Shown here piece by piece: positions 36,137 to 43,379 of a DNA stretch of 43,379 nucleotides (its first letter is position 1; each line of letters opens with the position of its first letter). The translations under genes and the position numbers were made by a program. This stretch comes from a virus (Duplodnaviria > Caudoviricetes), in IMG/VR virus record IMGVR_UViG_3300026512_000025, positions 1-43,379 of that record; one strand, 5' to 3'. The notes under the pieces were generated by a model, which was given only the letters and a program-made list of their open reading frames with translations, did no database searches and was not told the DNA's origin.

Positions 36137-37099
36137 CTATTTAACGTTAATTAGAACACCAGCAGTTGATTTAACATCAGTCGCAATCTGCGTCCAGTTA
36201 GCACCATCAGCAAGTACAGCATCGTCAGGGTTAGCTGTTGATGTGTATTTATATCCATCAACACCGAGTAGCATTGAACTCTCTGCTTGAATACGATATT
36301 TCAAGTTTTCTTTACCTGTAATAATTTCAGAATAGAACTCACGAGCTTCAGACTCAACAATTTTTAATGCGCCACGAGTAAGACCTAGTACAGCATTTGA
36401 ATCTTTAACATTATCTGCATCATCAGTAGATTTAATGTTAAGACCTGTAGCATCTGTTACATAAACAGGACGACCGAGCGTACCAACAGACTCTGTATAA
36501 AGAACACCATTTGCAGTTACATCACCTGCTACAGCAATATCTAATTGATTACCAACAAGGTCATTAAATACAACACCATTCATAATCCATGCAACGATAT
36601 TATCACGAGCATCACCAAACGGTTTAAGTGAAGTATTAAGAAGTTGTGCTGTAATAGTAGCAGTACCATCACCTGTAACAACAGTTGAGTTACCATTAAT
36701 TGCACCTACACCAGCAGAAATAATCTTGTTAAGCATATAATTAGTGATACCAATACCGATTTGCTCACCGATAGCTTGTGAGAACGCAACTGAGTTGCTA
36801 CCATAACGTTTAGCGTCAACAAGTTTGAACTCAATCGCACCAGTAGAGAAGTAAACTTTAACATCATTACCATCAATAGATGACAATGTCTTAACCGCTG
36901 CATCAGCATCACTAGAGATATCTCTACGTCCGATAATATTAGCAATCTCACCAAGCATTGAGAATTCTTCAAAATCCCCTTGAATCATCTCAGAACCTAG
37001 TGTAATCGCACCAGACGTACCTTGTTCAAACCCATATACATTTTGCATCAAAACTTCTGTTGCAGAAGAATGGACTACTTTGTTATCTATTTTAAGCAT
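36137..37099 (-). CDS. Major capsid protein
   Basis: Follows the scaffold. AWIMNG.VF.DL, TLGRPVYVTD, G.ENL..RIQAE, NW......VKSTAGV motifs. Confidence 0.85.
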   Translation of the reverse strand: MLKIDNKVVHSSATEVLMQNVYGFEQGTSGAITLGSEMIQGDFEEFSMLGEIANIIGRRDISSDADAAVKTLSSIDGNDVKVYFSTGAIEFKLVDAKRYGSNSVAFSQAIGEQIGIGITNYMLNKIISAGVGAINGNSTVVTGDGTATITAQLLNTSLKPFGDARDNIVAWIMNGVVFNDLVGNQLDIAVAGDVTANGVLYTESVGTLGRPVYVTDATGLNIKSTDDADNVKDSNAVLGLTRGALKIVESEAREFYSEIITGKENLKYRIQAESSMLLGVDGYKYTSTANPDDAVLADGANWTQIATDVKSTAGVLINVK

Positions 37100-37832
37100 T
37101 TTTTAAGCCTTTTAAACTTTTTCTAACCAGTTCCTGATACTCACTAGGTGATAATTCAGACATCAGCTTAGCTTTCTCAGCACGAGTCAGTTTAGATAGG
37201 TCTTTTACACCATATCCGTTAGGAGTATCTCCACCTTGTTTACCACCACCCTTTTTAGTAGGGAAAAACACTTGATAATCTGGATTATCATAAAGTGATT
37301 TAACCTTATCTGTAACAGAGAGTGGTTTACCATCATCACCGTAAACGGTAGTTCCATTTGAATCTTGATAAACGATATTACCATTTTCATCGAGTGTTGC
37401 ACCATTTCTTAACTCATCAAGTAAGGCTTTTTTGCCAATATTAGATTTAACACCGTCTAGCACACCAGTTTCTAACAAGTGGAGGTTTAATTCCTTATCA
37501 GAAAGTTTTTGTTCGTAAGTTTTGATTTGTTCTTCATAAGCACTCTTTGTAGAGTGCAACATATCTTGCAACTTACTAACATCAGGGTTATCGATAACTG
37601 CTTTTAATGACTCCTCATTAATCTCCTCAACACCAAGTGTTGATTTTACAGTGTTTTTAAGTGCATCACGCTTTTCAATAGCTTTTCGTAAATCACTCTC
37701 ATACACACTTGCCTTCTGTTTTAGTCCGTTAATACTCTGCTCTGTAGAAGTTGCAACTTCTTTAAGCTTAGTAACAAACTCCTCATTAGCAAATGTAGAG
37801 GCTGACTCAATTAGTTCTTCAAACATATCCAT
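37092..37832 (-). CDS. Capsid scaffolding protein
   Basis: Acidic coiled coil, Gly-rich linker and short C-terminal helices, located between portal and capsid. Confidence 0.75.
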   Translation of the reverse strand: MDMFEELIESASTFANEEFVTKLKEVATSTEQSINGLKQKASVYESDLRKAIEKRDALKNTVKSTLGVEEINEESLKAVIDNPDVSKLQDMLHSTKSAYEEQIKTYEQKLSDKELNLHLLETGVLDGVKSNIGKKALLDELRNGATLDENGNIVYQDSNGTTVYGDDGKPLSVTDKVKSLYDNPDYQVFFPTKKGGGKQGGDTPNGYGVKDLSKLTRAEKAKLMSELSPSEYQELVRKSLKGLKNA

Positions 37833-37880
37833 GTCCTTTTTCCGTTGGTTTTATGACAGCATCCACTATCATTTAATGTA

Positions 37881-37889
37881 ATTGTACCA
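37881..37889 (-). promoter_or_regulatory. Extended -10 element (TGGTACAAT) before scaffold/capsid genes
   Basis: TGnTAnAAT/TGnTATACT also occurs at 33028-36, 34360-68, 41221-29 and 41859-67, each in an intergenic gap before a late gene. Confidence 0.5.
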
Positions 37890-37894
37890 TAAGT

Positions 37895-39274
37895 TTACTC
37901 CTTAGGTACAACTGTGTTATCTGTATTCTTATGTAAATCAGCTGGTGGTACCTTAGAAACAGGTTTAAAAGAGTCTTTCTCAATACGCTTAACCTCATCA
38001 CTAGGGTTGCCTACATTAATCATCTCATACTGTTCTAGTGAGCTGTATAACGTCTCTATAGATAACGCACCACCTAAGTACATCTCCCACAGTAAACGAA
38101 CTTGACCTGAATCTGAAGCGAGAGCATTGTAGTCCTTGTTGATTGTAACCATACCAATAGTTGGTTTAGGCTCGTTGAGGTAATCAATTAACATATCAAC
38201 ACCCTTGTTAAGACTATACTCAATGATGTTAGCAATGACTGTAACTCTGTTAGACGCCTCAGCTGATTCATAGTACGCTTGTGTAGCAGTCTTTATCGTC
38301 TGTGAGTCCGACTGTGATGCTCTAATGACACCACTAGTGATATCCTTCTCAATAACAAGTAAATCTTTTTGCAACTCATTAATCGATGTCCCTTGCAACT
38401 CCCTCCACTGAAAGTCGCACTCATCTTTAGTACCGTTGAATATGAACGCCTCATCAACACCGATAACCAGTGCAGGCTTAGCAGTAGATGGTGAACCATC
38501 ATCCTCATCAATATCTGCACCCCATATAACAGGTACTGGACACGCTGACATATCAAGATATCTATCTTTAGATGATGTACGATTAGCATGCTTCAAATTG
38601 AGTAAAGCGATATCATAGAGTGGTGGTATCTTAGATAAACTCAACTCTACTATTGGTACATAATCCAAGTCCGTGTAGATAACATCATAAATATAAAAAT
38701 CACCATCTGCTAAACGATAGAGTGTTACAGTACCATCATCCCGCAGTACACGATACTGCTCAATCTGTTCTGTGGCAAACTCATCAACTGGCTCATCAAC
38801 TTCCTCTTTGATTACTATAAGTGTGAAGTTCCCTGTTTCGTTCTTACGCCAGTTAATAACAGCCGACCGCTTGATATTAACAAGATAAGGGTCTCCTCCC
38901 TCTACAGGTGACTCAGCCATAAGGTATGTTACACCATCAAGTGTGAGGTTAGTGGCAAGGGTTCTTGCGAACTGGTTTAGCGACACCTCAGTATCAATCT
39001 TCTTAAACAGCTCATTAACACGATTAGAATAACCAGATGTTGATATAGGTTTTCTAAAAATCATACCTACAAATGCTTCAGTAGCCCGTTTAACAAAGTT
39101 CTTAAGTGCTACATTGGATTTTCTTTCTTCAAAAGAACTATCAATCTCTTGTGGAAACTGCTTAATATACCCTTTAATAAAATCTGTACCGCTAAACACA
39201 TTATTAACAACCTTTACTTGTTGCAAGTGAGTCTTATACTCACTATGTTCAAAACCTACATTAACACTACTCAT
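37895..39274 (-). CDS. Portal protein (DUF4055-like)
   Basis: F.GMIFRKP, VINWR, EQYRVL, PPLYDIA.LNL.H motifs, follows terminase. Confidence 0.88.
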   Translation of the reverse strand: MSSVNVGFEHSEYKTHLQQVKVVNNVFSGTDFIKGYIKQFPQEIDSSFEERKSNVALKNFVKRATEAFVGMIFRKPISTSGYSNRVNELFKKIDTEVSLNQFARTLATNLTLDGVTYLMAESPVEGGDPYLVNIKRSAVINWRKNETGNFTLIVIKEEVDEPVDEFATEQIEQYRVLRDDGTVTLYRLADGDFYIYDVIYTDLDYVPIVELSLSKIPPLYDIALLNLKHANRTSSKDRYLDMSACPVPVIWGADIDEDDGSPSTAKPALVIGVDEAFIFNGTKDECDFQWRELQGTSINELQKDLLVIEKDITSGVIRASQSDSQTIKTATQAYYESAEASNRVTVIANIIEYSLNKGVDMLIDYLNEPKPTIGMVTINKDYNALASDSGQVRLLWEMYLGGALSIETLYSSLEQYEMINVGNPSDEVKRIEKDSFKPVSKVPPADLHKNTDNTVVPKE

Positions 39275-39294
39275 ATCATACCTCCGTTGTGAAA

Positions 39295-40577
39295 TTATAA
39301 CCTAAATCTTGACACTTTCGCACTCGAACGAGATATGCCGAGTAAATTGTGCGTTACATAACCAAAGGCATCATTCATGTGGTCAGTCCCGTGACTCTTA
39401 TCTGGTGAACCGTCTTTAAGGTACGACTGTTCAATTAAGTTAGATGTTAGTGTTGGACACTTATCCGTGTTGATGAGCACTCTACGATAACCTAGCGAGT
39501 TACATAGAGCTGAGTTCACTGAAACTATTCTATCTCTGACTGGTGGATTCTTCTTTGGTGCTCTAATACCGAACCCTGCTTCTCGTAGCAACCCTATATC
39601 TGACTTAGACGCATCAACTGATTTAGATGAGCGACCACTAGCATCTGGATATATCATTATCTTACGACCTGTGTCGTACCTATCCTTGATAATGTCAATC
39701 ATAGCAGGTGTATCTCTTACATCACTAATCTCATCCAAGACAAGTAACTTATCATACTCCTTGTACGCAACTACTCCACTCATATGGTTAACATTAAAAT
39801 CCATACCTATATGCAAGCTCTTTAAGTCCATCTTAATAGTCTCAAAGCTCCTGTTCTTATCAGGGTCAAAGTTAGGATATACAGTACCTGAGTTAAGATT
39901 AACAAATTTTCCGTTAAGATAAGCATCAATAAGCTGCTCAGGATAAGACTCTTTAAGGTTAATAATATACTCTTTTGGCAAAAACGGGTTATCATATGTA
40001 GATGCTTGAATAAGTTCATAACCATTACGACTCTCTTTCTTCCATCGGTTATAGACAAACCGATAACCCTCAGGTGTAGTATAGACACTAGCTGAGTTTT
40101 TAACCATAGCCATGGCGGTCTTAGGTATAATCTTCTTTCGATTACGACCTAAGAGTTTCTGCCACACCATCTCAGCCTTATCAACTTCCAAGGTATCTAA
40201 TTCATCCACATGAGAGTGATGCACCTCATAACCAATGATACGGTCTGGATTTTCTAATGACCTGAATAACACAGTACCCACATTAGGTATATCAATAATT
40301 CCATCAGTCTTATTTAATGTATAAACTAACCCTGCATTTGATAATATCTCTTCAAAACGAGGGTACATAATCTTTTTAATAAGGTCTACAGTTGGTTCGT
40401 AAATAGCAATTTGTGCGTTCTCTATCTCGAACATCTGTTTTAAGGCTTTCATAACCATAGTTTCTGACTTACCACCACCAACTAGCCGAAGCCAGACACT
40501 AGAGCAGGGAAAGATGCTTGCGAATTAATCATTTTCATTTGGTGTGGTAACATTTTTCTTCTTAGTATTCCAGCCAC
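39295..40577 (-). CDS. terL: Terminase large subunit, split into a 31-codon frame (40577-40482) and main frame (40476-39295), about 424 aa if an 8-nt gap is bypassed
   Basis: AGGAGG RBS + GTG 40577, LPHQ adenine-binding motif, interrupted Walker A SGFG*..GGKS, Walker B HVDE, TTPEG, IGMDFNV, DHMNDA nuclease motifs. Confidence 0.88.
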
Positions 40578-40612
40578 GATAAAACCTCCTTACGTATTGA
40601 ATTTTTCAACTT

Positions 40613-41203
40613 TTACTCCTTAATTATATTTAGCGGTATTTCAGGTAAATTAGCAGAAACATAGTTATTATATGCTTTAGCAGCTTCTTTGGCTGTATCA
40701 TATTTACCTAAGTTTATTTCTTTACCCATATATTTTACTCTAGCTCTATACATAACTCTACCATCTTTAAAGTTATAGCTATATTTAGACACACCCCTAT
40801 AACCTGTCTTGTTAGTTTTATGTAATAAAATAGTGTTTTGACTTTGAATAAGTTTGGTAGTCCATCTGCAATTACTAGGCTCATAGTGTCCATTTGTATC
40901 TATTCTATCCAGTGTTAATTTATCACTATAGCCATTATTTAATGCCCACTCTCTGAAAATAGTAAAATCTTCTCGCCATTGTTTGCACATTAATATACCA
41001 CGTTCAGTATATCGTCTTGAAACGCTGTTTAATGAACCAGAAGTCCTTTTCTTAGCACTATTCCATATAGTATATAATCTTGTTTTATACATACCGTGTT
41101 TACTAGGTCTGTTTTTACCACTGCAACTTCTACATAAATTTGTTTTTGGCTTTCGCTGTAACTCCCTTACTATACCACAATCTTCACATTTTATCTTATA
41201 CAT
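40613..41203 (-). mobile_element. Free-standing HNH-type homing endonuclease gene (Zn ribbon + HNH-like + AP2 domain)
   Basis: CEDC...CRSC, LTLDRIDTNGHYEPSNCRW, AP2-like TGYRGV...YRARV...NLGKYDTAKEAAKAYN. AAGGA RBS before ATG 41203. Confidence 0.88.
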
Positions 41204-41249
41204 TTGATATCCTTTAGTGTAGTATAGCATAGTTACCACCTGTTGAACC

Positions 41250-41336
41250 TTAAACCACTAGGGCTGGGAAAGATGCTTGTGAATTAATCATCTTCATCTG
41301 ATGTGGCAACATTTTTCGTCTTAGTACACCACCCAT
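41250..41336 (-). pseudogene. Truncated duplicate of the terL 5' end (28 codons)
   Basis: MGGVLRRKMLPHQMKMINSQASFPALVV*, 23 consecutive residues identical to terL N-terminus, TAATG-coupled to the upstream gene. Confidence 0.88.
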
Positions 41337-41539
41337 TAATTATCCTTAGTGGTAGCAGCAAGGGCAACGAACTGAACTAAACTTCTAATCGTTTCATCAA
41401 TACTCTTAAGCCCGTTAGCTTCTTTAATATCTCTAAGTATATAATAGGTGTCTCTATTAAGTCTAGTGCCTATATACTTTTTTGAACCTGCTTTATCTCT
41501 TGTTAGGTCTTTATCTGTAGGTATCTTAGTCGCTTTCAA
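41336..41539 (-). CDS. Small RHH-like DNA-binding protein (likely TTG start at 41539)
   Basis: GGAGGAG RBS, KYIGTRL-RDTYYILRDIKE-SIDETIRSLV strand-helix-helix pattern. Confidence 0.55.
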   Translation of the reverse strand: MKATKIPTDKDLTRDKAGSKKYIGTRLNRDTYYILRDIKEANGLKSIDETIRSLVQFVALAATTKDN

Positions 41540-41843
41540 TAAACTCCTCCGTTGCAGTAATTTGCTTAATATCATCTGCAGTCATCTCAATAAACTCAAA
41601 ACCATTGATAGCGTTAATCTGTATGTTAGTCTGAGACTCTTTAGGAGATAATCCAACTATCTTAGCCGCAGATTCAATAACATTAATAGACTCTTTAAGT
41701 GATTTTGAATCACTAGCTGTGTTAATAAACTCAGATGCTTTCTCAACAGCTGCGTAGGTAGCGTCTTTGATAATATCAGCAAGTTGCACATTACCAGAGC
41801 GAAGATTATCTATAGCTTTTTGTTGTTCATCTGTCATATTCAT
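41526..41843 (-). CDS. Putative terminase small subunit
   Basis: First gene of late arm, helical core, AKIVGL motif then beta-strand-like tail. Assignment is positional. Confidence 0.5.
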   Translation of the reverse strand: MNMTDEQQKAIDNLRSGNVQLADIIKDATYAAVEKASEFINTASDSKSLKESINVIESAAKIVGLSPKESQTNIQINAINGFEFIEMTADDIKQITATEEFIESD

Positions 41844-41896
41844 CCTTATTTATATGTTATTGTAGCAAAATGTATGTAAAGTAGCAAGGTTTAGCT

Positions 41897-41998
41897 CAGT
41901 TTGTTAACTTAAGGTTTATTAACTAACACTCTAAAAATTGTTTCCAGTTTGTTAGCTTAACCAAACTTAACTAACACTCTGAAAATTGTTCCCAGTTT
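41897..41998. repeat. Imperfect 48-bp tandem repeat x2
   Basis: cagtttgtta(a/g)cttaa...ttaactaacactct(a/g)aaaattgtt(t/c)c at 41897-41944 and 41945-41992. Confidence 0.8.
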
Positions 41999-42398
41999 AT
42001 TGGTGGTCACCATCACCTTATCCCCCTATACTTTACTCCCCCTACCCCTTACACGCATATATTTGCAAGATGTTATATAGTAGTATAGTAAAAATTTAAA
42101 ATAGTGAAAATTTAAAATGTTAGGCTTAGAGTGTGAAAGTGCTATACATAACAGCTATTTAGTACATAATAGCTATTTAGTAACCATATTATAATCAAAT
42201 AACCCTACCAAATAACCCTATTAATATAACTAATAGTTAATCCTACTATATAAGAAGATACAGTATTTGTACATTGTATGCAAGAAATAAACTTAATGAT
42301 ACAATTAGCAAAAAGAATTTATAAATTTGCAAATGCCTATAAATAGGGCTTTAAAGCGTGTTTTACCTCTTAATCATACAATTAACTTAAGTTTACTA

Positions 42399-42427
42399 TT
42401 GACACGCTTAATAGAATATGTCATAAT
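42399..42427 (+). promoter_or_regulatory. Strong early sigma70 promoter
   Basis: TTGACA-17 bp-CATAAT with extended TG, upstream CTTAAGTT. Confidence 0.75.
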
Positions 42428-42480
42428 ACGACTATCAAAACAAAATGAGTGACACAAAACACTCTCAAAAAGGATATAAA

Positions 42481-42966
42481 ATGGAAACATTACATAACAT
42501 CAACACTAACATAGCAAATAGTAGTCATACGATTAAAACAGAACGTGACAATAGGAACGTTTTAGTTGCAACATTAATTGATACTATGGTGAGTAAATCA
42601 AAAGAGTATAAAGAGGTTTACAATCTATCTAATAAGAAAGCGTATGAGATCGCTTTTGAACTTGAAGACACTAAGCAACTTGATACATATACTAAAAGAG
42701 CTTTTAAAGTAGCAAAGGCAATCATTAAAGACGGTTACAAAATTAATTATAAGTTATTATCACTTAGTCAGTGTGAACATCTCACTAAGTTCAATAAAAA
42801 CTTAGTTAATAAACTTATCGTTGAAATTAGAGACCTTGGTGAAGACGCAACTCAAGACGCAAAAAACGAGTTGTATATTGAACTTGTAAAAGAGTTGATA
42901 AATACAGCTAAAATAACTAAAACAACCAAAGTATTCAGTGCTAAGGTTGCAAGTGAGGCGGAATAA
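42481..42966 (+). CDS. Hypothetical helical protein, probably first early gene (likely start METLHN)
   Basis: AAGGA RBS before ATG 42481, downstream of strong promoter. Confidence 0.8.
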   Translation: METLHNINTNIANSSHTIKTERDNRNVLVATLIDTMVSKSKEYKEVYNLSNKKAYEIAFELEDTKQLDTYTKRAFKVAKAIIKDGYKINYKLLSLSQCEHLTKFNKNLVNKLIVEIRDLGEDATQDAKNELYIELVKELINTAKITKTTKVFSAKVASEAE

Positions 42967-42976
42967 AACCGCCTCA
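42954..42976. terminator. GC-rich hairpin at gene end
   Basis: tgaggcgg / ccgcctca stem. U-tract is weak on the + strand. Confidence 0.4.
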
Positions 42977-43379
42977 AAATACTTTTATAAAGCCTTATGA
43001 CGTTACAAAATAGTAACCTCTCATAAAGCTTTTAGAATTATTTTTAAACGACGTTACATATTCAGTAACCTCTTGTTTAATCGGCTTAATTAATTGTAGC
43101 AACAACCAACGTTTGGAATAGTTGCAGAGAGTTAAATACAAATTGAAATAAGGGAACAAATTCCCGCCTACTGTTGAAAAACCTCGTTTACGACTCACAG
43201 AAAAAACTATGCCTTGATAAAATAGTTACTTTAAAGTTGCAAGGATGTAGTAAAAGAGGTCGGTGCGCTGAATAAAGCGCTTAATACCCGTAAAGTGAGA
43301 ATAGTAGCTCACTATGTAACTATATTTTTACAGCTATAAAAATAATCGTAATTATTTTTTTTACTTTTTCAAACCTATA

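Noticed and set aside
40482-40484. TAG readthrough or stop-codon reassignment as the fix for terL
   Set aside because: Reading through TAG stays in the wrong frame and hits TGA 11 codons later. TAG ends other genes normally (primase, nrdB, tail tube).
40506-40512. -1 frameshift at T_TTC_CCT upstream of the terL stop
   Set aside because: Formally possible, but it would give FPCSSVWLRLVGGGKS and destroy the conserved ALVSGFG half of Walker A. C-rich heptamers are also poor slip sites.
40480-41252. Group I intron or intein splitting terL around the HNH gene
   Set aside because: The interval is filled by the nuclease ORF and a duplicate terL start with its own RBS. There is no room for a ribozyme core, and the nuclease is not in frame as an intein.
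19526-41651. Plus-strand and alternate-frame ORFs within the structural arm (for example 26315-26605, 30806-31099, 36706-36972, 38293-38589)
   Set aside because: They overlap long conserved structural genes and are shadow frames.
42995-43198. 67-aa minus-strand ORF
   Set aside because: It runs opposite to local early transcription, has no RBS, and overlaps + strand RNA hairpins.

Overview
A near-complete (about 43.4 kb, AT-rich) siphovirus-type tailed phage genome. The host is probably Campylobacterota, inferred from AAGGA ribosome-binding sites, TTAAG...TATACT and TGnTATAAT promoters, and Helicobacter/Campylobacter-like NrdB and ThyX motifs. The + strand (42.4 kb wrapping round to 1-19.4 kb) carries small early genes, a MoxR-type AAA+/vWA-like pair, an origin-like repeat region, a replication module (prim-pol/helicase, DUF2800 nuclease, RHH+Rha, DUF2815 SSB, PolA, SNF2 helicase, VRR-NUC) and nucleotide genes (dUTPase, ThyX, a lone NrdB). 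The - strand (41.8-19.4 kb) carries packaging, head, tail and lysis genes. No integrase, tRNA or CRISPR array was seen. The most notable observation is in the essential large terminase, which is broken inside its Walker A motif by GGC-TAG-TT-GGT, with the stop in a C(UUCG)G hairpin. An 8-nt ribosomal hop between Gly codons would restore a canonical SGFGGGKS motif. Immediately upstream lie an HNH-AP2 homing endonuclease and a second, synonymously recoded copy of the terL 5' end, resembling the T4 mobA/gene 60 endonuclease-plus-bypass cassette. Other highlights are a hidden frameshifted ~206-aa gene, an SD-sequestering RNA structure before the tail chaperone, several candidate structured RNAs, and S-layer-like modules in the tape measure protein. 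All family assignments come from motif recognition by eye, not database searches.
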